A stretch of 63,509 nt of DNA, the filler included, from Octopus bimaculoides (taxonomy: Eukaryota): NCBI RefSeq assembly GCF_001194135.2. It is 5 parts of 4 records of this genome, joined end to end, with 100 filler letters (N's around TTAATTAATTAA, not from the genome) between each part and the next. Parts side by side here need not be neighbours in the genome. Positions count along the whole stretch, not along the records: positions 41,267 to 53,855 come from NC_068990.1; positions 53,956 to 61,047 come from NC_068983.1; positions 61,148 to 63,509 come from NW_026311479.1; 2 more parts are not named here. One strand, written 5' to 3'. Made by a program: the position numbers and the translations under genes. The notes beneath the pieces were generated by a model, which searched no databases, was not told where the DNA came from, and was given only the letters and a program-made list of their open reading frames with translations. Positions 49,879-62,963 of the stretch are shown here, in pieces (the stretch's first letter is position 1; each line of letters opens with the position of its first letter).

Positions 49879-50330
49879 GGAGACCACCTCCCTCTGTGGG
49901 ATGAATTTAAAATAATAGACAGAGAAAACCAGTGGAAAATACGAAAACTAAAAGAAACAGCACATATGCTAGGACACAACAACCTCCTAAGCAGACTGAG
50001 TGCAGATATGAATAGCATATGGGAACTGGTATTAAGGAAGGATAGGAAAATATTAGATTTATAAGCTCTAAGATTCACTCCATAATTGCCCATGGGCATA
50101 TGGCATAGTGGTTAAGAGCATGGGCTACTAACCCCAAGATTCTGAGTTCAATTTCAGGCAGTGACCTGAATAATAATAATAATAACAACATCGAAAAATA
50201 CCTTAGGAATGAGAACCCAGGTTTGAAATTTCCCCAAGGCTAGAGGGTATATCAGCTGAAATGTTGTGTTAACAACAAACAAGACGAGGACAAATATCTG
50301 TCAAATGTAAATAATGTAAATAATGTAAGA
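49879..50330 (+). mobile_element. Penelope-like endonuclease C-terminus followed by the tRNA-headed tail module (copy 3)
   Basis: DHLPLWDEFKIIDRENQWKIRKLKETAHMLGHNNLLSRLSADMNSIWELVL* (stop 50064), then TGGCATAGTGGTTAAGAGC..GAGTTCAATTTC and the same tail as 11540-11700. Confidence 0.8.
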
Positions 50331-50400
50331 AAAAGAATTGTCTTATTTATTTGCCACACCGTTTTTTTTTTTGTTTTTTTTTCTTCCCTTACCTGTACAG

Positions 50401-50700
50401 GTAACAGAAGCTGGTCTGATTGCCCACTCTGCATGGGTGCTGAAGCTGATACAACTCTATGAAACACAGAAAGTGCGCCATGGAATGATGACATTGGGAC
50501 CAAGTGGTGCCGGCAAGACAAAGTGTATCTATGTGCTGCAAAAAGCACTGACTGTCTGTGGGATGTTCCACAAAGAGATGCGAATGAACCCAAAAGCAAT
50601 AACGGCACCACAAATGTTTGGTCGCCTTGATGTCGCCACAAATGACTGGACTGATGGAATATTTTCGACTCTGTGGAGAAAGACACTTAAGATGAAAAAG
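50401..50700 (+). CDS. DNAH5: Axonemal dynein heavy chain exon encoding the AAA2 P-loop, 100 codons
   Basis: Long polypyrimidine tract plus CAG; [82 protein letters not shown]; donor AAG/GTATGG. In frame with the 48223-48330 exon. Confidence 0.96.
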
Positions 50701-51492
50701 GTATGGCTGTCATACGTTTTTTGAGTGAGTTTCATTGTTTTATTATAATGCAAACAGTAGAACAGTACATTCTTAAATTAATCTTGCTGTTTGGTTTTTA
50801 TTTGTTGTTATATTACAAAGAAAAAACCCCTATGTAAGGCATAAACATTATGACTACCCCATATTTTTTTTTCCTTTTCCTTCTGCTTCTCAGATTTTTC
50901 TTTGTTTATGTAAGAAATCCTTATCAAAAAACAAAATATAATGTTGAATCTCTCAACTAGAAATTTTTATGTGAAATAATAATTCCTATTTTTGCTACAA
51001 AGGCGCCAAAGCAAAGACGATACAAAAGATGAAACAAAATCTCAGAAAACCTAATGTTATAACTATTTTACTTTGTGTGTGTATGTGTGTGTGTGTGCGC
51101 GCGCACATACAGGGAGGCACATATACATATATGTATATATATATATGCAAATATATATATGTATGTATGTATGTATACATGCATACATCAAGAGAGAGTA
51201 TATGAAAATCGTTTTTCTTAAGAGCAAAAATGTAGATGAATGCTTCCCCCTCCCCTACTCCCCCCTACCCACAAAGGAAAATAAAAGGATGGCTATGAAA
51301 ATGATGTTGATGACAATAATAATAATTTTAAAAGAAAATGATTTGCAACAATTAAATTTTTTCATATGTTGGAATGAAGCCAGAGATTTTAGGGAGAAAT
51401 GATAAAATTAACATCACATGTAAACAGAATGAAAGAGAAAGACAAGCACAGAATATTTAGACAGCTTCACATTATTTCAAATATATATATAT

Positions 51493-51531
<39 letters not shown>

Positions 51532-51845
51532 AATCTTTTATCTTTCATCTTTTACTTGTATTAGTCTTCAAATTGTGGCCATGCTTGGGTGCTGCCTTGA
51601 AGAATTTTTAGCCAAATGAATTGACCTCACTACTTTTTTCTTTTCTTTTTTTTTTTTTTGAGCCTGCTACTTTTTCTATTGGTCTCTTTTGCTGAACTAC
51701 TAAGTTACAGGGATGCAAACAAATCCACACAATTTGTCAGGCAGTAGTTGGGAACAAACAGAGATACAAAGTTACACACGCATATGCATGTACACACACA
51801 ATCATACACACTCATACACACATGCACAGGCACGCACACTCACAT

Positions 51846-51904
<59 letters not shown>

Positions 51905-53530
51905 AAATATTTCTTGTATATACATATACATACAGCAGGCTTCTTTCAGTTACCTTCTACTATATCCACTCACAAAGCTTTGGTTGGCCCTGTGCTATAA
52001 TGAAAAACCCTTGTTCAGTGTGTCATGCAGTAAAATAGAAACTGAAATCATGTGGTTGGGAAGCAATCTTTGTGACTACACACTCATGCCTGTCTTGTGT
52101 GTGTATAGAGGTAAAGTGAGAGATTGAGGAAATGAAACAAAGGGGCATCTATGTAAATCTATACGTATATGGAGTATGTTAACAGTGTTCTTGGCTACCC
52201 ATGCCCCACCCTCAGTCAAAATAATGCACTGAAGCTCCTACATACACAATCACAATATGCATAGATTAGCATTTGACCCTTAGGCATGTGGGATTCTCTC
52301 AGAAAACTGCCCAGGGTGCCCATATTTTAAGATGACAGTGTACATATGTTTGAATGTAAATACATACATATAGATGTATATATGCACATATAATCCTACT
52401 TGTATACAGATAGAGACAGACAGACAGACACTGACAGATATGTATGCATGCATCCAAGCATCCATGAATTCGCACATTCCAGACATGGACAAGTGATAAG
52501 AATATTTGTTTTGAAACCTTGAAATCTTGAGTTCGACTGCACTGTAGAATTTTAGAGCAAATGAAAATCTTTGAGTGAAACTGTGTAAACAGAACTTGCA
52601 GAGAAACCTTTCTTTCATTCAAGGCTTCTGCTTTGTCTAACTCTATCATTCTTATTTGACTTGAGAATTAAAGTCATGTGTAAAGAATACCCAATCATCT
52701 TATATGATAATCTTTGAATAGGATGTTTGATTGAATAATTGCCAGTTTGTATGTTGTTCTCAAAGGAAGAGTCCAGTGATGTTTTGTTGGCCACCTTAAC
52801 TTGGAAGATAGAACTGAGGTTTATTGGCATGTCTCACCCCACATAACCCTAAAAGACTGAACACCTAATTTTGAGATAGTGGCTTAGAGCCTATATTACA
52901 TTTATTCAATTTGGTGAGGGAGGCACTTTCATATATATGTTTATATACATGTTTATACACATGTATATTCAGCTATTGTTGAACTTCAGAATAATAAATT
53001 TGTACTCTACAAAAAGTATGGAGTAACCCATTATATTAATGTAAAATTGGTTTTATTATAACTGAACATAAAAACAAGCATTAAAACGTGTGTGTGTGTG
53101 TGTGTATAGTGCAGGCACGGTTGTGGTAAGAAGCTTGGTTCGTAACCACATGGTCTCAGGTTCAGTCTCACTACGTGGCACCTTTGGCAAGTGTGTGCAC
53201 ATGTGTGTGTGTACACATATATATCTATTGTGTCTGGGGAGAGTCATTCTCTTTTGGTGCCTTATAATTTAACATACTCACTAGTAAAATTTCCGTTTAT
53301 TTACTTATTTATTTTTCTAGAATTTTCATTGTGCTTTGCAGCCTTTTCAATAGTTGTTGAAAGTCAACAACTATAGAAAAGGTTGCAAGACACAACAAAA
53401 ATTTTAGAAAAATAAATGAGTGGAAACTTTACCGTAAAAGAGAATAACTCTCCCCAGACACAACAGAATATGCTTCAACACATGAACTCACTTAAAGGAT
53501 TTTGCAAACGAAATCCAAAAACGAAACTTG

Positions 53531-53561
<31 letters not shown>

Positions 53562-53599
53562 GTGTAGTGCTAGCACCTGTCATACGAGCACCAACAATC

Positions 53600-53817
53600 T
53601 AACCTCTTTGAAAGACTGGTAGATCTGTCATTTTAATGAATTTTAATTACCTTTTTCTGATGATATCTGAAAAGAAACAGAAATTTTAGCAAAACATATT
53701 AAGCAACACTAATAATACATCGAAAAACATAAAAATAAACAAGCTTTTGATGGCTTTATAGATATTTCAAAATTATGATGCTATGATGCTAGGTGTTTCC
53801 ATTATTTTGTCCAACCC

Positions 53818-53822
<5 letters not shown>
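53600..53822. mobile_element. Tc1-like terminal fragment
   Basis: Ends AGGTGTTTCCATTATTTTGTCCAACCCCTG-TA (Tc1-type TIR plus TA); the same sequence occurs at about 9810-9856. Confidence 0.6.
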
Positions 53823-53855
<33 letters not shown>

Positions 53856-53955
53856 NNNNNNNNNNNNNNNNNNNNNNNNNNNNNNNNNNNNNNNNNNNNT
53901 TAATTAATTAANNNNNNNNNNNNNNNNNNNNNNNNNNNNNNNNNNNNNNNNNNNN
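53856..53955. other. Artificial scaffold spacer
   Basis: N44-TTAATTAATTAA-N44. Confidence 0.95.
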
Positions 53956-53994
<39 letters not shown>

Positions 53995-55594
53995 ATCTAG
54001 GTTTCTGACCTAGATCCAAAGGCCCCTACATTGGAATTTCAATAACATCAACAAGGCTGCATGTATGTGTGTATATGTGCAGTAACGTGAGTAACTGCAT
54101 GCGCAGGTTTGTATGTTTTGTTTTATAAATGCATTTTCATGTATTTTGTTGCAGATCTAGACATGTACACATGTATGTATGTAAGTATGTATTATGTATG
54201 TATGCATGTATACAAAATATCCCATGTGTAATAGAATCAGCTATCTAATGTAAGCTTTAACCATTAATACCACTTAAATAACGTACGTGTGTTGTTTAAA
54301 CCCCAGAAGCTGAGGATTTGCAAATTTCCGTGCGGGAAAAATCCATTTAAAGGCATATAGTTTAAAAACAAACCAATATTCATTAAAGCTAGGTGAAACA
54401 AAATCACCCCTCAAGAGAACCCGGGAGCAGTATTTATGTATTTCGCTTTTGTTATGGATTAGTAATTTCTCTCATTAACCAGTGGGGCTGTTTGCGTATG
54501 TATAGAGTTAAAGTGTACCTGACCACATCTACTAAAAATACATACAAAAGGAAACACCCGTCCAAAATTTTCTCTAGTAGGTTTGCATCGAGAATTAACC
54601 GACACAACTCAAGACAGTGTGGAACTGGATCTATCATTGTCAACATCATAGTTACTCTTCCATTCATTTCTAATCATATAACTCTAATCTTTCTAATCTT
54701 TCCAAAGTTTGTGTTCATGTCCACCTCAGAAGTTTGGCTGATGTCTTTTGGCAAAAATATTCCTTCCTTACCATCTGGGTTCAGGGACGTGTCATATTGT
54801 TTAAGTGCAGATTATTCCTTATTAAGGGGACTAGTGGTCAGAAACGCATCATCCTTGAGCATACCAACAGATTTTCTACAATAGTGTAATTTTGAACAGC
54901 TGCTCCTCCGTGTCTCGATCAGCTGCGTGTGTTTATATATTTATTATATCGTGTAATGCATTTGCATCGAGTTAAGTCACATTATTCAATGAATCCGACG
55001 ATGAACTTGACGAGGTTTCAGTCAGGAGAGGTGTTCCTCGGCGTTTTCGAATGCTAAAATGTTTCTGCCACTCCATCGATCTTAGGAAGCGATTGATAAG
55101 TGGAACAGTGCCGCAAAGTAAACGCAAATCATAAATAAAACAGACAAAAACGCCTGTAGTCTCTTGAAATCACCGATATTATATACTTCATAGAATCGTG
55201 CTTATATTTAATTGAAGATGTTAGTATTTCGATAATTAAACGTGATCACTCTTGTAATTAGAGATGAACTGTTTTCCCCTCTTCCATAATATTTTACAAA
55301 ATTTTCACGTGTTTCAACCGCAGAAATACTTAGATCATAATGATTTAACATTGAAAACTAAGTTGGAAGTTTTCATTACATTAATTAAACCGAAATCATT
55401 AACCGCACACATTTTTTTGTTCTTTCTACACTATGCTCTCACAATTTAAACAGTCGAAGTAAGTGAATCTCTACGTCTGCATTTTTCATAAATAAACAGG
55501 GTAGTAGATTTTACTCCTTCAGGGAGAAGACAAGTGGATCCCTACAAACAATATTGTCAGGAGAATACAGTGAGAGAATAAGGACAGTGAGAAA

Positions 55595-55600
55595 GCGAGA

Positions 55601-55682
<82 letters not shown>
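55595..55682. repeat. (GA)n microsatellite, representative of many simple repeats
   Basis: Other long tracts include (ATT)n 3492-3566, (TTC)n/(ATT)n 4170-4300, (CAT)n 18290-18370, (TA/CA)n 42280-42770 and 58380-58860, (GATA/GACA)n 62580-62735, (CAC/CAT)n 63020-63340. Confidence 0.95.
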
Positions 55683-55683
<1 letters not shown>

Positions 55684-56125
55684 AGAATTATAAAATGTAT
55701 TTATTCCTTTCCTAGAGCCTCGATAATACTATCAATCTAGCGTAGGTAAAAATCATAAAGTATTCAGGTTTTTCAGAAGTTACATCGATTACTTCAGCGT
55801 GCCTTTCAAACACTTAAGGTTCATAATCTTTAAGTACATATATTGCAAATTTTCTGTCAGAATCCTATATCTTGCCAAGTAAGTCTTTCTTAAATTTAAG
55901 GAAAACTTAGCTATAGTAGTATTTCTTGAAGAATTACTTCCAAAACTCTAATAATTTGCTCGTTTCCATTTATCAGGAATTGCGTGGCATATGTATGACT
56001 GCAAATTGTTATTACCTAAATTTTCACTTTAATTTTATTCCTAAACTTAACAATTCGAGAATAAATGAAATTAAAGACTAAAGCATTCGTTAAAAAATTA
56101 CGGTAGAACAAAGTCAAAGTAAATG

Positions 56126-56165
<40 letters not shown>

Positions 56166-56575
56166 TGTGTGTGTGTGTGTCTGTGTGTGTGAGTGTGTGT
56201 CTGTGTGTGTCTGTGTGTGTTTGTGTGTGTGTGTGTACATGTGCGTGTAGGGAGAAAGCTATAGGCATTATTGAAATTGGAAAATTGTAAACTATACTGA
56301 AGCTTTTGTACAGGTGTTATTTAGACGTTATGGACGAGTTAAAGTAATCAATTGAAAACAGAATGGGAAGCTTTTAAGAAATTGTATATGAAGAACTGCA
56401 CCGAAGCCAGATATGTGGTGATAAGCGCATACATAAAAATACATCGATTAACATACTTCTGTGTATTTGGGCATGTATATGCACTCCGAAACACAGGCAC
56501 ACGCACTCTCACACACACATACACACACGCACACTTACACACACATACATGCACACGCATACACACACATACACG

Positions 56576-56628
<53 letters not shown>

Positions 56629-56655
56629 CTAGTAGCAACAAACGANNNNNNNNNN

Positions 56656-56712
<57 letters not shown>

Positions 56713-56750
56713 TGTGTGTGTGTATGTATATATATATGTATGTATGTTTG

Positions 56751-56781
<31 letters not shown>

Positions 56782-58405
56782 AGTTAAACGTACATGCATA
56801 TATAAATAGGTCTTAAACTTTTTTCACTAGTCCGCTTTCAGCCATGTGTATATCTATCTGGACATTTTGGTAGTCTTTTTAATAAATATATATATATATA
56901 TATGCTTATACATATAACGAGAAAGCGACTCATCTATATAGAAAGAATAATTGTGCACTTAAGATACAAACATTTTAAGTGTAAACATTCACAATTATAC
57001 AGGACACGTCGTACGCACCCCCTCAGTCATTCAGTCTCACATACGCATACACGCTCACACAGACACACATGTGCACACACATATGCACACAATCACACAC
57101 ATGCACAGCTGTCAATTGTGGAACGCAACTGTCATTTCATAATCCTGACGATTGCGTAATGCATGAAAGTACTAGTATATTTCAACATCGTAAAATTTTA
57201 AAAGCTGCCAATAATAAAACGTGGAATAAGTTGGAAGTACCTAGTTGTTGATGAGTTGTTAAGTCCATCTCATGTTTAGAATCCGTCTTAGGTAGTGTAG
57301 ATGGAAGGTAGTGTAGATGGAAGGTATTGAGACGTCACTCTTGGCTAAAGTAGATGATCACGACCATAAAGCAGTCAGCCGACAACCTTACAATATTGGT
57401 ATGCATTATTAGATTTTTATTTTCTCGGATTCTCTATGTCAACCTAGCTACTTCTTCAATACGTCTGTTAATTTTAAATGTAGAGAGGTGTTATTTGTGA
57501 TACTGGGTGTGACGAAAATAAATTTAGAAAAATATTTCTAGATTTCTAGATGGCTCAACACTTGTTGTCTTTATACAGAGGGTCAAAGAAGTCTGAAGAA
57601 TCACTTGTTAGACTGTCTATGTGAAGATACTGTATGCAAAGTGCACAGCCTCCAGTGGAGCAAACCGCATACTCTTGATGAGCAACTCACGTATTTCGAT
57701 TTTCGACTCCTGTTTAGAAAGTCTGAACTGTTTCGTATTTTACCTTCTAGTGAAGGTAAACAATATTAGTAAATGTTTCAAAGACATGGCAGAGAATGAC
57801 AGCAACACAGATGACAAAAACAGTGGGGCTATCACACAGTTCAGTCCATTTCAATTTTGAAGATTTTGCGAAGTGGACCCATTAAACAAAATGTGACCGT
57901 TTTAGTCTTTGTTCAATAACTAAACGATGCTGGTTAATCGCAAAGTGCAACAATTCTTGACAGGCATGTTGAACATCCCTTTGCCTACACACAAAGTTTA
58001 GTGTCTTTATCGAAAGAATATATATATATATGTATATATATATATCCCATTTTCTATCGAATGACCCATCCCCTATTCTTTCTATTACTTCCTCTCTTCC
58101 TTCCTTTCCGTCTCCCTAAACAATACTTCCCTTCCAAATCGTAAGTTGTCTTCCCCTTTCCACTTTATCTCTATTCTACGTGCCTTTTTCCTTGTCTTTT
58201 TCCTCAACCGCTTCCCACCCATGCAAGTACAACTCCTATCAGTGTTCTACTGATCAATGGAGCAATTGAATAAACTGCTCAGTAACGTACCTTTACTGAT
58301 TACGGGAAAGAGTTACATTTATTCTAATAAAGGTAAAATATATAATGACAATTATTTATACCTTGTCTTATATTATATCTATAAATATATATGTATGTAT
58401 ATGGT

Positions 58406-58467
<62 letters not shown>

Positions 58468-61047
58468 TATGTATATACGTATATGAATATATATATATAT
58501 GTGTGTGTGTGTATATATATACATATATATGTATATACATATTCATATATGTATAAATATATATACACGTATATATATATATGTGTATATATAAATATAC
58601 ATATATATATGTATATATATATACATACATATATATATATGTATATATATATACATACATATATGTATATATACATGCATATATATGTTCATATGTGTAT
58701 ATGTGCGTATGCACACATGTGTATATTTGTATATGCGTGGGTACGTATGTGCATATGTATAAATGTGGACGTATGAGTGTGTATATATATATGTGTGTGT
58801 GTGTGTATCAGTATGCATGTATATGTGTGTGTTTGTGTATATGTATTTATGTATGTATGTACGTTCTCACACATTTATAGGTATGTGTTGTCCAACCCAC
58901 TATCCGGCAGCGTCCAATTCTCTAACGGTTTTTTTCAAATGAATCAAGTCATAACCTTATCCATCTATTGNNNNNNNNNNNNNNNNNNNNNNNNNNNNNN
59001 NNNNNNNNNNNNNNNNNNNNNNNNNNNNNNNNNNNNNNNNNNNNNNNNNNNNNNNNNNNNNNNNNNNNNNNNNNNNNNNNNNNNNNNNNNNNNNNNNNNN
59101 NNNNNNNNNNNNNNNNNNNNNNNNNNNNNNNNNNNNNNNNNNNNNNNNNNNNNNNNNNNNNNNNNNNNNNNNNNNNNNNNNNNNNNNNNNNNNNNNNNNN
59201 NNNNNNNNNNNNNNNNNNNNNNNNNNNNNNNNNNNNNNNNNNNNNNNNNNNNNNNNNNNNNNNNNNNNNNNNNNNNNNNNNNNNNNNNNNNNNNNNNNNN
59301 NNNNNNNNNATATATATATATATATATATATATAAACGTATATATGTATACATGTATATATACATGTATATATAAATATATATAGCCCCATCGTGTGTAT
59401 AGAAAATTGTGTTTATATGTGTGTGTTTATTGGCGTTTACAATGCTCTAAAAGAGTCACTGGTTTTTATGTTGTGTCTTTTTATGTCCCTCAGCTACAGA
59501 AGAGGATGTCATATCATGACAAGTTTATGACAAGCTTAATGACTGAAGCATGGAAACGATAAAAGAATAAAGGACGCGTGCTTTATGGCAGAGAGTTGTT
59601 GCGATTTCTATCGCCAAAAACAAAGTTACTTGAATCTAATTCAAAAATACATTTTTGACAATATTGCTGCATATCTTAAAAATATATACCAACACATGCA
59701 GAAATATGCATAGACACATACATAGCATATACTAAAATAGAGATTGGTTGTCGACAACACATCAGATATTAGCATTCAGATCGATCGACACAGTGATGTT
59801 TTCAGACTACACCATTTAAAACGATACATGTCGGTTTAATGTTTTCTGAAAGTGACGCATAGAAATCCAGATCAAATTCGTAGGTGATATTAGAAGCGAC
59901 TTTTGTAACGATTTAAGCATTTGCCATTCAGGTTTGGCAAACATAGAATCGGATCACGTTACACTCGCTAGTATGACCACCCATTAGGAAGACAGCATCG
60001 GTACAGTTTACTGAATATTGCAAGCGAAATTTACACATTTCTTTATTTGAATTTTTTTCATAGCTGAGGGTATCAGGTGCAATGAACTCTCCAAGCTAGG
60101 GTCTTATGGTGAAATATCGATTAATATTTCTTTTCTTTTATCACTGTTACCTAAGAGTGTGTATATGTCAAGGACATCGTAAGTGACAGCCATGCATACG
60201 GCAAACAAATGCATTAGTTTAGGTACATTCATGCACACATATATATCTATGTATTTGTTGTTTTCACAATGTAACTGTTGTAAAATATATACGAATAGGA
60301 GGTGAGAATATTTTTGGCTCAGTCAAGGCTTTGTGGTGAGAACTTTACTTCCTAACCAAAATAGTTCCAGGTTCAGTCCCCCGGACTGGCAACTCAGGCA
60401 ATTGTTTACCACTAAAGCCCCAGGTCAACGAAACCCTTTGGGGTGGGTTTTGTAGACAGGGAACCGAAAGAAGACCCTCGGTGCAGAAGTCTCTCGCCAT
60501 GTGATGTTGTGCGAGACATCTCCTTAAATAAACCGTTTCGCTCGGTGTTAATACATGTTAGTGACCGCAGATTTAAGCAGATGAGCAGGAATGACAGATT
60601 CCGTTGCGATGTTGCAAACACTTGTCTATATTTTTCTAGTACTAAATCAAATGGATAAATAAGAAAAATAGGAAGAGACATAAAATATACAATCAATAAA
60701 AAATATATGCCTCAGTACACATCTACAGTTATTTGCTTTCGTGCATTATACAAATTTTTTAACTAGCTAATTTCCTTGTGGCAAGATCAGAAACTGTGTC
60801 ATTTAATTTCTCTATATTGCGAGCGGAAGTGAACTATTACCATCTCTAGCGGACGAGTACCCAACATCGAGGATCACAACAAAGAGCTCGAAACAATACG
60901 GGCTGGTGGTCACTTGGTTGAAAGATGGTAGAGGTTAACTCCCCTGCTTGTAATATATGCCGTGTGCATGTTGCATCGAATAACCAGCTGGAAGAGGAAG
61001 ATGTAACAGCCATGTTTAAATGGCAATACACAGTACTTATATATATA

Positions 61048-61147
61048 NNNNNNNNNNNNNNNNNNNNNNNNNNNNNNNNNNNNNNNNNNNNTTAATTAAT
61101 TAANNNNNNNNNNNNNNNNNNNNNNNNNNNNNNNNNNNNNNNNNNNN
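61048..61147. other. Artificial scaffold spacer
   Basis: N44-TTAATTAATTAA-N44. Confidence 0.95.
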
Positions 61148-61340
61148 ACAAACCATGCCTTTCTTTTGCTGGGCTCAAATCTCATTTGCGAACCCATTTG
61201 AAAACGAATCTCCACTAACTATTCTGTCTCTATGTCTGTGCACACCTTTGAATGCAACGAATGCCAAAAGGTTGGCAAATCTAACGGAGGCCTCAAAAGA
61301 CATTTTATGATCCACAAAGATCAGGACTTATCTGCAGCTC
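61148..61340 (+). mobile_element. C2H2 zinc-finger tail of an RTE-like LINE
   Basis: KPCLSFAGLKSHLRTH then, after a frameshift, HTFECNECQKVGKSNGGLKRHFMIH; parallels fingers 1-2 at 17780-17945. Confidence 0.7.
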
Positions 61341-62517
61341 TACGATAAATTGGGTAGCAGTGAAACACTGGGGCCGCGGTTATCGACTTATCTCTCCCTC
61401 CCAAATATCATGCTTTGTGCCTTTAGCAGAAAGGATTATTATTATTATTATTATTATTACAATTAATATTGTCCTTCCCATTTTATTCTTAGTAGAAATA
61501 TGTATTAGTAAAAACAGAAGCAGCAGCAGCAGTAGTAGTAGTAGTAGTGGTAGTGGTGGTGGTGGTGGTGGCAGTAGTCTTAGTAGTAGTAGTAGTGGTG
61601 GTAGGAGTGGTAGCAGTAACAGAGCAGCACGTGCTGCGCTAACATTAATAACGATGATGATGATGATGTTGATGCTAACGATGATGATATGAAAATAAAT
61701 ATGATGAATAAGATAAAACAAACAATATATAATTAAGTAATAAATACACACACATNNNNNNNNNNNNNNNNNNNNNNNNNNNNNNNNNNNNNNNNNNNNN
61801 NNNNNNNNNNNNNNNNNNNNNNNNNNNNNNNNNNNNNNNNNNNNNNNNNNNNNNNNNNNNNNNNNNNNNNNNNNNNNNNNNNNNNNNNNNNNNNNNNNNN
61901 NNNNNNNNNNNNNNNNNNNNNNNNNNNNNNNNNNNNNNNNNNNNNNNNNNNNNNNNNNNNNNNNNNNNNNNNNNNNNNNNNNNNNNNNNNNNNNNNNNNN
62001 NNNNNNNNNNNNNNNNNNNNNNNNNNNNNNNNNNNNNNNNNNNNNNNNNNNNNNNNNNNNNNNNNNNNNNNNNNNNNNNNNNNNNNNNNNNNNNNNNNNN
62101 NNNNNNNNNNNNNNNNAAAAAAAATGATGGCACTGTGTAACAGAATCGTTTGGAGAATATCAACAATGGTTAAAGAGGACAAGACAGGATTAATAGGCTT
62201 AGCACCACCGACAACATTATCCTCGTCGTGGTGGTGGTCGTGGTCGGCGTTAATCGTGGCTCTGCCCGTCGTTGTCATTGTCATCGCCATCTTCTTCTGC
62301 GTTGCCGCCATGATTTTCTTGGCTTTCGTCATCGCCGTCATCGATATATCATGATAGTCTTTTTCCGATTAGTCTTCCTCCTCCACCTCCTCCACTTCCT
62401 CCACCTCCTCCACCTCCTTTTTCTCCTGCTCCTCCTCCTTTTTCTTATTTATCTCTTCCTCCTCCTCCTACTCATCGTTATCATCAACCACATCGCTATC
62501 TTTAAGATCACGAGCGA

Positions 62518-62565
<48 letters not shown>

Positions 62566-62577
62566 TAAATAGTTTAA

Positions 62578-62610
<33 letters not shown>

Positions 62611-62741
62611 CAGAGATAAATAGACAGATAGATGGATAGACAGACAGACAGACAGTTAGAAAGATAGATAGACAGACAGACAGATAGATAGATAGACAGA
62701 CAGACAGATAGATAGATGGATAGATTGATGGATAGATAGGA

Positions 62742-62963
62742 GAGGGTGCTGAAAAGTTACTGGATTTAAAGGTATCGCGAAAGGCCTGGTTGAAGACCTA
62801 AACCTCCGAGTTCTTTTACAGGGCTTAGAAAAACTGAAGGCCCCTTGGCAATAAGTGTGTGAATCTGAGAGGGAAGAATATATTGAGTAAAAATCCTAAT
62901 TAAGGGATCCTCCTCCATTTTCTTTTTACCCAAACCCAGGAAGATTTTCCGCTACCCTTCGTA
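62742..62963 (+). mobile_element. Non-autonomous mariner derivative
   Basis: Imperfect TIRs GAGGGTGCTGAAAAGTTACTGG / CCAGGAAGATTTTCCGCTACCCTTCG-TA; internal GLEKLK.PW.KCVNLRG.YIE* is the mariner transposase C-terminus. Confidence 0.7.

Noticed and set aside
41267-53855. Flanking dynein exons (..RDMNLSKL upstream, GEHIWIILDGPVD.. downstream)
   Set aside because: Searched by eye and not found; probably on other scaffolds or in gaps.
54393-54884. 163-aa plus ORF and overlapping minus frames
   Set aside because: No recognisable domain and no splice support.
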